A DNA stretch of 64,000 nt from Labrenzia sp. GTDB lineage: Bacteria; Pseudomonadota; Alphaproteobacteria; Rhizobiales; Stappiaceae. The stretch spans positions 4,844,408-4,908,407 of the forward strand of contig CP196552.1 of NCBI GenBank assembly GCA_051805445.1, in the 5' to 3' direction. Positions 1-12,300 of this stretch are shown one piece after another. Within the stretch, counting starts at the first letter, position 1. Each line of letters starts with the position of its first letter. The notes below the pieces were generated by a model, which was not told where the DNA came from, made no database searches, and was given only the letters and a program-made list of their open reading frames with translations. The position numbers and the translations under genes are program-made.

Positions 1-1189
1 GGCGAAGGAAAAGTTTGAGCGCAACAAGCCGCACGTCAACATTGGCACGATTGGCCACGTTGACCACGGCAAGACGACGCTGACCGCTGCAATCACCATG
101 ACGCTGGCTGAAGCTGGCGGTGCGACTGCAAAAGCATATGACGAGATTGACGGCGCGCCTGAAGAAAAGGCACGCGGCATCACCATTTCCACGGCGCACG
201 TTGAGTATGAGACGGAAAACCGTCACTACGCTCACGTTGATTGCCCGGGCCACGCCGACTACGTGAAGAACATGATCACCGGTGCTGCGCAGATGGACGG
301 CGCGATCCTTGTTTGTTCTGCAGCGGACGGCCCGATGCCGCAGACCCGTGAGCACATCCTGCTTGCGCGTCAGGTTGGCGTTCCGGCACTTGTTGTGTTC
401 ATGAACAAGGTTGACCAGGTCGACGACGAAGAGCTTCTCGAGCTCGTCGAAATGGAAATCCGTGAACTGCTGTCTTCCTACGAGTTCCCGGGCGACGACA
501 TTCCGATCGTCAAGGGTTCTGCTCTGGCAGCTGTCGAGAACCGCGATGCCGCCATTGGCCGTGACGCAATCCGTGAGCTGATGGCAGCTGTTGACGACTA
601 CATCCCGACGCCTGAGCGTCCGAAGGATCAGCCGTTCCTGATGCCGATCGAAGACGTGTTCTCGATCTCCGGCCGCGGTACTGTTGTGACTGGCCGTGTT
701 GAGCGTGGCATTGTCAAGGTTGGTGAAGAAGTCGAGATCGTCGGCATCAAGGACACGACCAAGACAACGGTTACCGGCGTTGAAATGTTCCGCAAGCTGC
801 TGGACAGCGGTGAAGCTGGCGACAACATCGGTGCTCTGATCCGCGGTGTTGCCCGTGAAGATGTTGAGCGTGGCCAGGTTCTTTGCAAGCCGGGTTCTGT
901 TAACCCGCACACGAAGTTCAAGGCTGAGGCCTACATCCTGACGAAGGAAGAGGGTGGCCGTCACACGCCGTTCTTCACCAACTATCGTCCGCAGTTCTAC
1001 TTCCGCACAACGGATGTGACGGGTGTTGTTCATCTGCCGGAAGGTACGGAAATGGTGATGCCTGGCGACAACGTCTCTGTTGACGTTGAGCTGATCGTGC
1101 CGATCGCCATGGAAGACGGTCTGCGCTTCGCGATCCGCGAAGGTGGCCGCACGGTTGGTGCCGGCGTCGTCGCCTCAATCATCGAATAA
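1..1189 (+). CDS. tuf: Elongation factor Tu, copy 1 (the first 2 nt of the start codon lie outside the window)
   Basis: The frame starting at nt 2 reads [26 protein letters not shown]..., with GTPase motifs [13 protein letters not shown] and NKVD. The protein is identical to the complete copy at 19553..20743. Stop TAA is at 1187-1189. Confidence 0.97.
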   Translation, partial: AKEKFERNKPHVNIGTIGHVDHGKTTLTAAITMTLAEAGGATAKAYDEIDGAPEEKARGITISTAHVEYETENRHYAHVDCPGHADYVKNMITGAAQMDGAILVCSAADGPMPQTREHILLARQVGVPALVVFMNKVDQVDDEELLELVEMEIRELLSSYEFPGDDIPIVKGSALAAVENRDAAIGRDAIRELMAAVDDYIPTPERPKDQPFLMPIEDVFSISGRGTVVTGRVERGIVKVGEEVEIVGIKDTTKTTVTGVEMFRKLLDSGEAGDNIGALIRGVAREDVERGQVLCKPGSVNPHTKFKAEAYILTKEEGGRHTPFFTNYRPQFYFRTTDVTGVVHLPEGTEMVMPGDNVSVDVELIVPIAMEDGLRFAIREGGRTVGAGVVASIIE

Positions 1190-1203
1190 GATGAGTTTTT
1201 GAT

Positions 1204-1234
1204 TGCCGGGCTTCGGCCCGGCAGTCTTGTCTTC
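1204..1234 (+). terminator. Hairpin after tuf copy 1 (8-bp GC stem, UUCG loop, T-rich tail)
   Basis: TGCCGGGC-TTCG-GCCCGGCA at 1204-1223 is followed by GTCTTGTCTTC. Confidence 0.5.
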
Positions 1235-1241
1235 AAATCAC

Positions 1242-1270
1242 TTGATTACCATGTGTTTGAAGCGTATCAG
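1242..1270 (+). promoter_or_regulatory. Putative sigma70-type promoter for tRNA-Trp-secE-nusG
   Basis: TTGATT (1242-1247), a 17-nt spacer and TATCAG (1265-1270) sit 29 nt upstream of the tRNA. The 12-mer CAAATCACTTGA is shared with the putative rpsL promoter. Confidence 0.4.
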
Positions 1271-1298
1271 GAGCAGGTCCTGTAGAGGGATCATCTGA

Positions 1299-1374
1299 AG
1301 GGGTATAGCTCAGCTGGTAGAGCGACGGTCTCCAAAACCGTAGGTCGCGGGTTCGAACCCTGCTGCCCCTGCCA
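1299..1374 (+). tRNA. trnW: tRNA-Trp (anticodon CCA)
   Basis: The sequence folds as a cloverleaf: acceptor AGGGGTA/TGCCCCT, D-arm GCTCAGCTGGTAGAGC, anticodon loop CTCCAAA, T-arm GGTTCGAACCC and an encoded CCA end. It occupies the canonical position between tuf and secE. Confidence 0.95.
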
Positions 1375-1478
1375 CTTTTGCTCTTGATTAATTGGCCTCG
1401 AGGGCTTAAACAGTTTCCTCGAGTGAGGCGCGCAGAGTTTTCTGCGCGCCCACTCGCATTTAACGGACCGGAATCGGA

Positions 1479-1676
1479 ATGGCGAAGACCAATCCCTTTA
1501 AATTCATCCAAGAAGTGCGCTCCGAAACGTCCAAGGTGACGTGGCCGACGCGCAAGGAAACAGCTGTGACCACCGTTATGGTGTTCATCATGGTGATGAT
1601 CGCATCGATTTTCTTTCTCGTTGCGGATCAGCTGATGAGCCTTGGCATCGGTTACATTCTCGGGGTTGGCGGTTAA
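1479..1676 (+). CDS. secE: Preprotein translocase subunit SecE
   Basis: A 65-aa protein with a single C-terminal TM segment. MAKTNPFKFIQEVRSETSKVTWPTRKE is the typical SecE N-terminus. It lies directly upstream of nusG. Confidence 0.9.
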   Translation: MAKTNPFKFIQEVRSETSKVTWPTRKETAVTTVMVFIMVMIASIFFLVADQLMSLGIGYILGVGG

Positions 1677-1726
1677 TTAGCCGCTGGTCTGTCTAAAGAC
1701 AAGAACAACAAACGGAACTGAGATCT

Positions 1727-2257
1727 ATGGCCAAGCGCTGGTACATTGTGCACGCCTATTCGAATTTCGAGAAGAAGGTCGCCGAGTCCATTCGCGAAAA
1801 GGCTGAACAGAAAGGATTGTCCGATCTGTTCGAGGAAATTCTCGTTCCTATGGAAAAGGTCGTGGAAGTGCGCCGCGGCCGCAAAGTTGACGCTGAGCGC
1901 AAGTTCTTCCCCGGTTATGTGCTCGTGAAAATGGATATGACCAATGAGGCGTTTCACCTGATCAGGGACACGCCGAAAGTGACCGGCTTCCTGGGCGCGG
2001 ATCAAAAGCCGATGCCGATCCCGGAGAAAGAGGCTTTGCGCATCATCAACCAGGTACAAGAGGGCGTTGATCGGCCGAAGCCGTCCGTCAGCTTTGAGGT
2101 TGGTGAGCAGGTTCGTGTGTCTGACGGTCCGTTTGCGTCTTTCTCTGGTCTTGTCGAAGAAGTTGACGATGAGCGGGCGCGCCTCAAAGTTGCTGTGTCC
2201 ATTTTTGGTCGGGCAACGCCAGTTGAATTGGAATTCGGTCAGGTCGATAAGCTCTGA
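1727..2257 (+). CDS. nusG: Transcription termination/antitermination factor NusG
   Basis: 176 aa. [18 protein letters not shown] marks the NGN domain and a C-terminal KOW motif ([16 protein letters not shown]) is present. The secE-nusG-rplK order is conserved. Confidence 0.95.
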   Translation: MAKRWYIVHAYSNFEKKVAESIREKAEQKGLSDLFEEILVPMEKVVEVRRGRKVDAERKFFPGYVLVKMDMTNEAFHLIRDTPKVTGFLGADQKPMPIPEKEALRIINQVQEGVDRPKPSVSFEVGEQVRVSDGPFASFSGLVEEVDDERARLKVAVSIFGRATPVELEFGQVDKL

Positions 2258-2418
2258 CTGTTTGCTGTCCCGCGGGGCAGCTTGAGTGCCGGATATGAAC
2301 TATCCGGAATGAAGTCGGTGGTAGGTTCATGCACTCTTCGCCGGGTGCTCCAACGGGCCACACCACCAACTCCCAGATGGTCAAATTGCCGTTTGGCCAT
2401 GCATGATTGGAGAAAACA

Positions 2419-2847
2419 ATGGCGAAGAAGATCGAAGGCTTCCTGAAGCTTCAGGTGCCGGCAGGCTCTGCGACCCCGTCCCCGCCCATCGGGCCGGCGC
2501 TTGGTCAACGCGGTCTGAACATCATGGAATTCTGTAAGGCGTTCAACGCGCAGACCCAGGATGTTGAAAAGGGTGCTCCGTGCCCGACTGTGATCACATA
2601 CTACACCGACAAGTCCTTCACCTTCGAAGTGAAGACAGCTCCGGTTTCCTTCTTCCTGAAGAAAGCTGCCAAGCTGCCGAAGGGTTCTTCCACTCCGGGC
2701 CGCGGCACCGTTGGTTCCGTGAGCAAGGCTCAAGTGAAAGAAATCGCTGAAGCCAAAATGAAGGACCTGAACGCCAACGACATCGATGCGGCAATGCTGA
2801 TGGTTGAAGGCTCCGCCCGTTCCATGGGCTTCGAGGTAACGGAGTAA
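2419..2847 (+). CDS. rplK: 50S ribosomal protein L11
   Basis: [33 protein letters not shown] chose the ATG at 2419, which has GGAG 7 nt upstream, over the 2407 start in the ORF track. Confidence 0.95.
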   Translation: MAKKIEGFLKLQVPAGSATPSPPIGPALGQRGLNIMEFCKAFNAQTQDVEKGAPCPTVITYYTDKSFTFEVKTAPVSFFLKKAAKLPKGSSTPGRGTVGSVSKAQVKEIAEAKMKDLNANDIDAAMLMVEGSARSMGFEVTE

Positions 2848-2851
2848 GATC

Positions 2852-3550
2852 ATGGCGAAGGTTGGAAAACGTATTTCTACAGCGCGTGAAGGTATCGACC
2901 GTAACAAGCTGTACTCCCTGAACGAAGCCATCAGCCTCGTAAAGGGTCGCTCCAAGACCAAATTTGACGAAACCGTTGAAGTTGCGATCAACCTCGGCGT
3001 TGACCCGCGTCACGCAGACCAGATGGTCCGCGGCGTGTGCGTTTTGCCGAACGGAACGGGTAAGAGCGTCAAGGTTGCCGTGTTTGCACGTGGCGACAAG
3101 GCCGAAGAAGCCAAGGCTGCCGGTGCAGACATCGTTGGCGCAGAAGAGCTGGTTCAGGAAGTTCAGGGCGGCAAGATCGATTTTGATACGGTCATTGCAA
3201 CTCCGGATATGATGCCGCTCGTCGGCCGTCTTGGTAAGGTTCTCGGCCCGCGCGGCATGATGCCGAACCCGAAGGTCGGTACCGTGACCCCTGACGTCAC
3301 CAAGGCTGTCAATGACGCCAAGGGTGGTGCTGTTCAGTTCCGCGTCGAGAAGGCGGGTATCGTGCACGCAGGTGTAGGCAAGGTTTCGTTCTCCGAAGAC
3401 AAGATCTCCGAGAACATCAAAGCCCTGTTCGATGCCGTCCAGAAGGCGAAGCCTACGGGCGCAAAAGGCACCTACATGAAGCGCGTCGCTCTGTCCTCCA
3501 CGATGGGCCCGGGCGTTAAAGTCGATATCGCGAGCGTTGCTGGCGAATAA
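2852..3550 (+). CDS. rplA: 50S ribosomal protein L1
   Basis: 232 aa, [27 protein letters not shown]..., following rplK. Confidence 0.95.
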   Translation: MAKVGKRISTAREGIDRNKLYSLNEAISLVKGRSKTKFDETVEVAINLGVDPRHADQMVRGVCVLPNGTGKSVKVAVFARGDKAEEAKAAGADIVGAEELVQEVQGGKIDFDTVIATPDMMPLVGRLGKVLGPRGMMPNPKVGTVTPDVTKAVNDAKGGAVQFRVEKAGIVHAGVGKVSFSEDKISENIKALFDAVQKAKPTGAKGTYMKRVALSSTMGPGVKVDIASVAGE

Positions 3551-3869
3551 TCCGGTCTATCCGGATTGAATACAAGTTTCAGCCTTTGGGCTGAATAGAT
3601 CCGGCGGTTCGCCGCCGGATTGCCCTGTCCGAGACTGCAGGTGCCGGGAAACCGGCTTAAGCCGTAACAGGCCTGCATAGATGGGTGAGAACCGAATTCT
3701 CCGCGACAAGCGGGCAACCGGTTCGAACCAGACCTTGCCAACGCTCTTTGAGTGCAGGTGAGGGGACAGGACCCTGAGCGTCGTCTTTAAGGCGGTTCCG
3801 GGTTCGGGACCACCGCGAAGGCGGCAAGGTAAACCGGTGGCGAATTTCGCCATCAAATGGAGAAGGCAA
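3551..3869 (+). promoter_or_regulatory. Long structured rplJL leader (candidate L10 autoregulatory leader)
   Basis: A 319-nt non-coding gap lies upstream of rplJ. It contains strong hairpins, for example ATCCGGCGG-TTCG-CCGCCGGAT at 3599-3620 and CAGCC-TTTG-GGCTG near 3580. ORFs listed here are on the wrong strand or frame and are not protein-like. Confidence 0.4.
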
Positions 3870-4388
3870 GTGGAAAGAGCGGAAAAGCAAGAGTTCGTGA
3901 CATCCTTCAGCGCCGAGCTGGCTGACACCGGCGTCGTTGTCGTCGCGCACTATGCAGGCCTCTCGGTTGCACAAATGACGGCCTTGCGGTCGTCAGTACG
4001 TGAAGCCGGCGGTTCTGTAAAAGTCGCAAAAAACCGCCTTGTGAAACTCGCCCTCAAAGGCACTGACCTTGAGCACATCTCCGACCTGCTCCAGGGCCCG
4101 ACCGTACTCGTCTATTCCGACGATCCGGTTGCAGCACCGAAAGCAGCTGTCGATTTCGCCAAGGCCAACACTCAGTTGGAAATCCTTGGTGGTGCTCTTG
4201 GAACGACAAACCTGAACCCGGAAGGGGTCAAGTCTCTGGCAACAATGCCGTCGCTCGACGAGCTGCGTGCAAAGCTGGTTGGCATGATTCAGACACCGGG
4301 AACGCGCATTGCGCAGGTTGTCAACGCACCGGCCGGGCAACTCGCCCGCGTCTTCGGCGCGTACGCCAAGAAGGACGAGGCCGCATAA
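3870..4388 (+). CDS. rplJ: 50S ribosomal protein L10
   Basis: A GTG start at 3870 is preceded by GGAGAAGG. (M)[35 protein letters not shown] is the typical L10 N-terminus. The ORF-track ATG at 3837 would add a non-conserved extension. Confidence 0.9.
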   Translation: MERAEKQEFVTSFSAELADTGVVVVAHYAGLSVAQMTALRSSVREAGGSVKVAKNRLVKLALKGTDLEHISDLLQGPTVLVYSDDPVAAPKAAVDFAKANTQLEILGGALGTTNLNPEGVKSLATMPSLDELRAKLVGMIQTPGTRIAQVVNAPAGQLARVFGAYAKKDEAA

Positions 4389-4448
4389 GGCGCCCCCAAA
4401 CACTGTCTAATGAACCCAAACACTGGTTCGAACTGAAGGTACTGAAAA

Positions 4449-4823
4449 ATGGCTGATCTTGAAAAGCTCGTAGAAGAACTGTCCGCACTGACCGTTATGG
4501 AAGCTGCTGAACTGTCCAAACTTCTTGAAGAGAAGTGGGGCGTTTCTGCTGCTGCTCCGGTTGCAGTTGCTGCCGCTGCTGGTGGCGGTGAAGCTGCTGC
4601 TGCTGAAGAAAAGACTGAATTTGATGTTGTTCTGGCATCTGCTGGCGACAAGAAAATCAACGTCATCAAAGAAGTCCGTGCAATCACCGGTCTTGGCCTG
4701 AAAGAAGCTAAAGAGCTCGTCGAAAGCGCTCCGAAAGCGGTCAAGGAAGCAGTGTCCAAGGACGAAGCTGAAGAGCTGAAGAAGAAGCTGGAAGAAGCTG
4801 GTGCTTCTGTTGAGCTGAAGTAA
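4449..4823 (+). CDS. rplL: 50S ribosomal protein L7/L12
   Basis: 124 aa. [32 protein letters not shown], an Ala-rich hinge, and a C-terminal KEAKELVE...[11 protein letters not shown]. Confidence 0.96.
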   Translation: MADLEKLVEELSALTVMEAAELSKLLEEKWGVSAAAPVAVAAAAGGGEAAAAEEKTEFDVVLASAGDKKINVIKEVRAITGLGLKEAKELVESAPKAVKEAVSKDEAEELKKKLEEAGASVELK

Positions 4824-4844
4824 TTAAGGCGGAAACGCCTTATA

Positions 4845-4873
4845 CGGTCCCGGGGGGTCCCGGGACCGGTTTT
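4845..4873 (+). terminator. rplL-rpoB intergenic attenuator/terminator hairpin
   Basis: CGGTCCCGG-GGGGTC-CCGGGACCG is followed by GTTTT. A partial terminator is known at this position in other bacteria. Confidence 0.55.
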
Positions 4874-5101
4874 CGCCCCGGCGGGTCTGACCCGTTTCCG
4901 GGGCAAACGTCCCACTAGAGGTCTGTTTTTCCTGAGACGTATTCAGGTAAGGTCCCTAGATCCAAAATCCGGTCGATTCTTCGCATGTGCACAGAAGATT
5001 GACCTTGTTTGGTGGACGGTTTTCCGAAGCGCCCGGGCAGCGGCCCGATTGGACAAGGGGCGTTTCGGGAAGCCGTTTTCCTGCCGATACGAGGAGCGAC
5101 A

Positions 5102-8100
5102 ATGACCCAAACGTTCAACGGTCGCAAAAAGGTCCGCAAATATTTCGGATCTATCCGCGATGTCGCGGCGATGCCCAATCTCATTGAGGTGCAAAAAGCC
5201 TCTTATGACCAATTCCTTCAGGTCGATGAGATGCCGGGTGGCGGCCGCAAAGATGAAGGCCTTGAAGCGGTCTTCCAGTCCGTATTTCCGATTTCTGATT
5301 TTGCGGGCACTTCCCTTCTGGAATTTGTTTCCTACGAATTTGAAGCTCCAAAATACGACGTAGATGAGTGCCGTCAGCGGGACATGACCTTTGCAGCGCC
5401 GCTGAAGGTTACCCTGCGTCTCATCGTGTTTGACGTCGATGAAGATACCGGTGCGAAGTCCGTTAAAGACATCAAGGAACAAGATGTCTACATGGGCGAC
5501 ATGCCGTTCATGACTGACAACGGTACGTTCATAGTGAACGGTACGGAACGCGTGATCGTGTCTCAGATGCACCGCTCTCCGGGCGTATTCTTCGATCATG
5601 ACAAGGGCAAAACCCATTCCTCCGGCAAGCTGTTGTTTGCCGCACGTGTGATCCCGTACCGCGGCTCATGGCTTGACATCGAATTCGACGCCAAGGACAT
5701 TGTGCATGCGCGTATCGACCGCCGCCGCAAGATCCCGGTAACGTCTCTTCTGATGGCGCTTGGCCTGGACGGTGAGGAAGTTCTCAACACGTTCTACAAC
5801 CAGATTGAGTACACCCGGCAAAAAGATGGTTCCTGGCGCATGCCGTTCGACGGCGAGCGGCTCAAGGGCACCAAGGCCTCCTATGATCTGATCGACGCCG
5901 ACAGCGGCGATGTGGTTGTGGAGGGTGGTCGCAAGATCACCGCGCGCACAATCAAGCAGTTGGGTGAAAAGGGCGTAACCGCGCTCAAAGTCACCGATGA
6001 AGACTTGCATGGTCAGTACCTTGCAGAAGATATCGTCGACGCACAGTCTGGTGAAATCTACGCGGAAGCAGGTGGCGAAATCACCGGCAAACTGCTGGAA
6101 GAATTGGTTGAGCGCGGCTATCACGATCTGACGATCCTGGACATCGATCATGTCAACACGGGTCCTTACATCCGCAACACGCTGAATGTCGACAAGAACG
6201 AGTCCCGCGAAGACGCACTGTTTGACATCTATCGCGTAATGCGTCCGGGTGAACCGCCCACCATCGACACTGCAGAAGCCATGTTCCAGTCGCTCTTCTT
6301 TGACGATGAGCGCTATGATCTTTCCGCGGTTGGCCGCGTGAAGATGAACATGCGTCTCGATGTTGATGCAGAAGACACCGTTCGTGTTTTGCGCAAGGAA
6401 GATATCCTCGAAGTCATCCGGGTTCTTCTCGAGCTGCGTGACGGCAAGGGCGACATCGACGACATCGACAATTTGGGCAACCGCCGTGTTCGCTCCGTTG
6501 GCGAGTTGATGGAAAACCAGTACCGCGTCGGTCTTCTGCGTATGGAACGTGCGATCAAGGAGCGGATGAGCTCTGTTGAGATCGACACGGTGATGCCGCA
6601 GGATCTGATCAATGCGAAGCCGGCCGCTGCTGCCGTTCGTGAATTCTTCGGCTCGTCGCAGCTGTCGCAGTTCATGGACCAGACAAACCCGCTGTCGGAA
6701 GTCACCCACAAGCGCCGCCTCTCGGCACTTGGACCAGGCGGCTTGACCCGTGAGCGCGCAGGCTTTGAAGTCCGCGACGTTCACCCGACACACTATGGTC
6801 GTATCTGCCCGATTGAGACCCCGGAAGGTCCGAACATCGGTCTGATCAACTCGCTGGCAACGTTCGCCCGTGTGAACAAGTATGGCTTCATCGAGAGCCC
6901 GTACCGCAAGGTAAAAGACGGCACCGTTACCAACGATGTTGTCTACCTGTCGGCCATGGAAGAAGCGAAACACTATGTTGCGCAGTCCAACGCCGAATAT
7001 GACGACGAAGGCCGGTTCACAACCGAGCTGATCACCTGCCGTCACGCTGGCGAAAACATGATGGTTCCGTCCGACAAGGTCGACCTCATGGACGTTTCCC
7101 CGAAGCAGCTCGTGTCAGTTGCTGCATCGCTTATTCCGTTCCTGGAAAACGACGACGCGAACCGCGCACTCATGGGCTCGAACATGATGCGTCAGGCCGT
7201 GCCGCTGGTACGTGCCGAGGCACCGTTCGTTGGTACCGGGATGGAGTCTGTCGTGGCCCGGGATTCCGGTGCTGCGATCGGTGCACGCCGGGCAGGTGTT
7301 GTTGACCAGGTCGATGCGACACGTATCGTTATCCGGGCAACTGAAGAGCTGGATCCGGGCCGGTCAGGTGTCGACATCTACCGCCTCCAGAAGTACCAGC
7401 GTTCCAACCAGAACACCTGTATTAACCAGCGTCCGCTGGTGCGTGTAGGTGATCGGATCCACAAAGGCGATATCATCGCGGACGGTCCGTCCACCGATCT
7501 CGGTGATCTGGCACTCGGCCGGAACGTGCTCGTCGCGTTCATGCCGTGGAACGGCTACAACTTCGAGGATTCCATCCTCCTGTCCGAGCGCATCGTGTCT
7601 GACGACGTTTTCACCTCCATCCACCTTGAGGAATTTGAGGTGATGGCACGTGATACCAAGCTTGGACCGGAAGAGATCACCCGCGATATTCCGAACGTTT
7701 CTGAAGAGGCGCTGAAGAATCTCGATGAGGCAGGTATCGTGTACATCGGTGCCGAGCTTCATCCGGGCGATATCCTCGTCGGCAAGATCACACCGAAGGG
7801 CGAAAGCCCAATGACGCCGGAAGAAAAACTTCTGCGTGCTATTTTCGGTGAAAAAGCATCTGACGTCCGTGACACGTCCCTGCGCTTGCCGCCGGGTGTT
7901 TCCGGGACTGTCGTTGAAGTTCGTGTTTTCAACCGCCACGGCGTTGAAAAAGACGAACGTGCGATGGCGATTGAGCGTGAAGAAATCGAACGTCTTGCAA
8001 AAGACCGTGACGACGAGCAGGCAATCCTTGACCGCAACGTCTATGGCCGTCTGGCCGAGATGCTGATGGACAAGACTGCGGTTGCTGGTCCGAAGGGCTT

Positions 8101-9241
8101 CAAGAAGGACACTGTGCTGACCGGGGACGTTCTCAACGACTTCCCGCGCTCGCAGTGGTGGCAGTTTGCCACTGAAGACGAGAAGTTCATGTCCGAGATC
8201 GAAGCTCTGCGCGGTCAGTATGACGACAGCCGGAAGCGTCTCGAACAGCGGTTCATCGACAAGGTCGAGAAGCTGCAGCGCGGTGATGAACTGCCGCCAG
8301 GCGTCATGAAGATGGTCAAGGTCTTCGTTGCCGTGAAGCGCAAGCTTCAGCCGGGCGATAAGATGGCCGGCCGTCACGGTAACAAGGGCGTGGTCTCCAA
8401 GATCAATCCGTGTGAAGACATGCCGTTCCTGGAAGATGGCACGCACGTCGACATCGTTCTCAATCCGCTCGGCGTTCCGTCGCGCATGAACGTTGGTCAG
8501 ATCCTTGAAACCCACATGGGTTGGGCCTGCCGCGGCATGGGCTTGCGCATTGGAGAAATGTACGACGAGTACCGCAAGACCGGTGAGATCGAGAAACTTC
8601 GTGGCAAGGTCATCGAGATCTACGGCGACAACATGAAGGGTGATCCGGTCAAGGAGTTTGACGACGAAGGTGTCGTGAAACTGGCCGAGCAGCTGAAGAA
8701 GGGCGTGTCCATCGCGACGCCGGTCTTCGATGGTGCCCGTGAGCCTGATGTTGTTGATGCGCTGAAGATCGCGGACTTCGACACCAGCGGTCAGTCGACG
8801 TTGTTCGACGGCCGTACCGGTGAAGAGTTCGACCGCAAGGTGACCGTGGGCTATATCTATATGCTTAAGCTTCACCACTTGGTCGACGACAAGATCCACG
8901 CCCGTTCGATTGGTCCGTACTCGCTCGTCACCCAGCAGCCGCTTGGTGGTAAAGCGCAGTTCGGTGGCCAGCGCTTCGGGGAAATGGAGGTCTGGGCTCT
9001 TGAAGCTTACGGTGCAGCTTACACGCTGCAGGAAATGCTGACGGTCAAGTCGGATGACGTTGCCGGACGTACGAAGGTCTATGAGGCCATCGTTCGCGGT
9101 GACGACACCTTCGAGGCGGGTATTCCGGAAAGCTTCAACGTGCTTGTGAAGGAAATGCGGTCCCTGGGTCTCAACGTTGAACTTCAACGTACCGATGTAC
9201 CCGCGATTGGCGAGGAAGAAACTGCAGACGCTGCAGAATAA
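5102..9241 (+). CDS. rpoB: DNA-directed RNA polymerase subunit beta
   Basis: 1379 aa. [39 protein letters not shown]. The ATG at 5102 is preceded by GAGGAG. Conserved RpoB blocks run throughout. Confidence 0.97.
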   Translation: MTQTFNGRKKVRKYFGSIRDVAAMPNLIEVQKASYDQFLQVDEMPGGGRKDEGLEAVFQSVFPISDFAGTSLLEFVSYEFEAPKYDVDECRQRDMTFAAPLKVTLRLIVFDVDEDTGAKSVKDIKEQDVYMGDMPFMTDNGTFIVNGTERVIVSQMHRSPGVFFDHDKGKTHSSGKLLFAARVIPYRGSWLDIEFDAKDIVHARIDRRRKIPVTSLLMALGLDGEEVLNTFYNQIEYTRQKDGSWRMPFDGERLKGTKASYDLIDADSGDVVVEGGRKITARTIKQLGEKGVTALKVTDEDLHGQYLAEDIVDAQSGEIYAEAGGEITGKLLEELVERGYHDLTILDIDHVNTGPYIRNTLNVDKNESREDALFDIYRVMRPGEPPTIDTAEAMFQSLFFDDERYDLSAVGRVKMNMRLDVDAEDTVRVLRKEDILEVIRVLLELRDGKGDIDDIDNLGNRRVRSVGELMENQYRVGLLRMERAIKERMSSVEIDTVMPQDLINAKPAAAAVREFFGSSQLSQFMDQTNPLSEVTHKRRLSALGPGGLTRERAGFEVRDVHPTHYGRICPIETPEGPNIGLINSLATFARVNKYGFIESPYRKVKDGTVTNDVVYLSAMEEAKHYVAQSNAEYDDEGRFTTELITCRHAGENMMVPSDKVDLMDVSPKQLVSVAASLIPFLENDDANRALMGSNMMRQAVPLVRAEAPFVGTGMESVVARDSGAAIGARRAGVVDQVDATRIVIRATEELDPGRSGVDIYRLQKYQRSNQNTCINQRPLVRVGDRIHKGDIIADGPSTDLGDLALGRNVLVAFMPWNGYNFEDSILLSERIVSDDVFTSIHLEEFEVMARDTKLGPEEITRDIPNVSEEALKNLDEAGIVYIGAELHPGDILVGKITPKGESPMTPEEKLLRAIFGEKASDVRDTSLRLPPGVSGTVVEVRVFNRHGVEKDERAMAIEREEIERLAKDRDDEQAILDRNVYGRLAEMLMDKTAVAGPKGFKKDTVLTGDVLNDFPRSQWWQFATEDEKFMSEIEALRGQYDDSRKRLEQRFIDKVEKLQRGDELPPGVMKMVKVFVAVKRKLQPGDKMAGRHGNKGVVSKINPCEDMPFLEDGTHVDIVLNPLGVPSRMNVGQILETHMGWACRGMGLRIGEMYDEYRKTGEIEKLRGKVIEIYGDNMKGDPVKEFDDEGVVKLAEQLKKGVSIATPVFDGAREPDVVDALKIADFDTSGQSTLFDGRTGEEFDRKVTVGYIYMLKLHHLVDDKIHARSIGPYSLVTQQPLGGKAQFGGQRFGEMEVWALEAYGAAYTLQEMLTVKSDDVAGRTKVYEAIVRGDDTFEAGIPESFNVLVKEMRSLGLNVELQRTDVPAIGEEETADAAE

Positions 9242-9331
9242 CTCCGGCAACGGACCCCTTTAGACTGAAATGCCGGTTTGGGGGAGGTAAGGAGCACTTA
9301 CCTCCCGGCCGAGCATCGAAGGAGATGGATC

Positions 9332-12300
9332 ATGAATCATGAGGTCATGAACCTGTTCAATCAGCAGGCTCCCGCACAGACCTTCGACAATATCAAGATC
9401 TCTCTGGCCAGCCCGGAGAAAATCTTGTCCTGGTCATTCGGTGAGATCAAAAAGCCGGAAACCATCAACTACCGGACGTTCAAGCCGGAGCGTGATGGCC
9501 TTTTCTGCGCGCGCATTTTTGGCCCGATCAAGGACTACGAATGTCTTTGCGGCAAATACAAGCGCATGAAATACAAAGGCGTTATCTGTGAGAAGTGTGG
9601 CGTTGAAGTCACGCTTTCCCGTGTACGCCGTGAACGCATGGGCCACATCGAGCTTGCAGCTCCGGTGGCACACATTTGGTTCCTTAAGTCCCTGCCGAGC
9701 CGCATTGGTTTGCTGCTCGACATGACGCTGAAGGATCTGGAACGCGTTCTGTACTTCGAAAACTATGTCGTTCTGGAGCCGGGCCTGACCCCGCTCAAGC
9801 AGCACCAGCTTCTGTCTGAAGAAGACTACGTTGCCGCTCAGGACGAGTATGGCGAAGACGCCTTCACCGCGATGATCGGTGCAGAGGCGATCCGCGAGAT
9901 CCTGATGTCGATGGATCTTGAGCGCGAATCTGAAAAGCTCCGCCAGGAAATTGCAGAAGCAACGACCGAGTTGAAGCCGAAGAAACTTGCCAAGCGCCTG
10001 AAGGTCATTGAAGCCTTCATGGAATCGGGCAACCGCCCGGAGTGGATGATCATGACCGTTGTTCCGGTCATCCCGCCGGATCTTCGTCCTCTCGTTCCGC
10101 TCGATGGTGGCCGGTTCGCAACGTCGGATCTCAATGATCTGTACCGCCGCGTGATCAACCGGAACAACCGTCTGCGCCGCCTGATGGAACTGCGTGCTCC
10201 GGACATTATCATCCGGAACGAGAAGCGTATGCTTCAGGAGTCTGTTGACGCCCTGTTCGACAATGGCCGCCGCGGCCGGGTCATCACCGGTGCCAACAAG
10301 CGTCCGCTGAAGTCGCTTTCCGACATGCTGAAAGGCAAGCAGGGTCGCTTCCGTCAGAACCTTCTCGGGAAGCGCGTTGACTATTCCGGCCGTTCGGTCA
10401 TTACCGTAGGTCCGGAACTCAAGCTGCACCAGTGTGGTTTGCCGAAGAAGATGGCGCTTGAGCTGTTCAAGCCGTTCATCTATTCGCGCCTCGACGCCAA
10501 GGGTTTCTCTTCAACTGTCAAACAGGCGAAGAAGCTCGTTGAAAAAGAGCGTCCGGAAGTCTGGGATATCCTGGATGAGGTGATCCGTGAGCACCCGGTT
10601 CTCCTGAACCGTGCGCCGACGCTTCACCGTCTTGGCATTCAGGCGTTCGAACCAACCCTGATCGAAGGCAAGGCGATCCAGCTGCACCCGCTCGTTTGTT
10701 CCGCGTTTAACGCTGACTTCGACGGTGACCAGATGGCTGTTCACGTTCCGCTGTCGCTCGAAGCACAGCTGGAAGCGCGGACGCTGATGATGTCCACGAA
10801 CAACATTCTGCACCCGGCAAACGGTGGCCCGATCATCGTGCCGTCGCAGGATATCGTTCTCGGTCTCTACTATCTGTCGATCATGGCAGAGAAAGAGCCG
10901 GGCGAGGGCATGGCTTTCTCCGATATCGGCGAGATCCACCATGCGCTGGCCAACAAGGTCATCACGCTGCACACGAAGATCAAGGGCCGGTTCCGTTCGA
11001 TGGATGCCGAAGGCAACCCGACCTCCGACATCTTCGAGACAACACCGGGCCGGATGCTGATTGCAGAACTTCTGCCGAAGCATCACGAAGTGCCGTTCGA
11101 CGTTGCCAACAAGCTGATGACCAAGAAGGACATCTCCAAGATGATCGACACGGTTTACCGTGCTTGCGGTCAGAAGGAGACGGTTATCTTCTGTGACCGG
11201 ATCATGCAGCTCGGCTTCAAGAACGCATGTAATGCTGGCATCTCCTTCGGTATGGACGACATGGTCATCCCGGACACCAAGCAGAAGCTTGTCGGGGAAA
11301 CCGCGGCGCTCGCAACCGAATACGAGCAGCAGTACAATGACGGTCTGATCACCCAGGGCGAGAAGTACAACAAGGTTGTCGACGCCTGGGCGAAATGTAC
11401 CGACAAGATCGCTGACGAGATGATGGCCCGCATTAAGGCGGTTCAGATCGATGAGGAAACTGGACGCCAGAAGCCGATGAACTCGGTCTACATGATGTCC
11501 CACTCCGGTGCGCGTGGTTCGCCTCAGCAGATGAAGCAGCTGGCCGGTATGCGTGGTCTTATGGCCAAGCCGGACGGGTCCATCATCGAGAACCCGATCA
11601 TCTCGAACTTTAAAGAAGGTCTCTCGGTTCTCGAGTACTTCAACTCCACCCACGGTGCCCGTAAGGGTCTTGCCGATACGGCGTTGAAGACTGCGAACTC
11701 CGGGTACCTGACCCGCCGTCTCGTGGACGTTGCGCAGGATTCCATCATCCTTGAACCGGATTGTGGCTCCGAGCGTGGCATCACCGTGGCGCCGATCGTC
11801 GACGCGGGTAACGTCATTGCCTCTCTGGGCATGCGCGTTCTCGGCCGGACAACTGCGGAAGACGTGCACAACAATGCCACCGGCGAAATAATTGTTCCGA
11901 AGGGACATTTGATCGACGAGAAGGATGTTGATGCGATTGAAGCTGCAAAAGTTCAGCAGATCAAGATCCGTTCAGTCCTGACCTGTGAAACCGAGACCGG
12001 TGTATGTGCGACCTGTTATGGCCGTGACCTTGCACGTGGTACTCCGGTGAACATGGGCGAGGCTGTTGGCGTTATCGCTGCACAGTCGATCGGTGAGCCG
12101 GGCACCCAGCTGACCATGCGGACGTTCCACATTGGTGGTACGGCGCAGGTTGTCGACTCATCGTTCATCGAGTCCAACGTCGATGGAACGATCAAGATCC
12201 GGAACCGCTCTGTACAGCGCGACTCGGAAGGTAATCTGATTGCCATGGTTCGCAATATGTCCATCGTTGTCATCGACAGCGACGACAATGAGCGTGCCGT

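Noticed and set aside
3472-3974. ORFs of 89-123 aa are listed on the minus strand in the rplA-rplJ spacer.
   Set aside because: They lie in the structured rplJ leader, are Arg/Pro/Ser-rich, and have no start context. The region is better explained as a regulatory 5' UTR.
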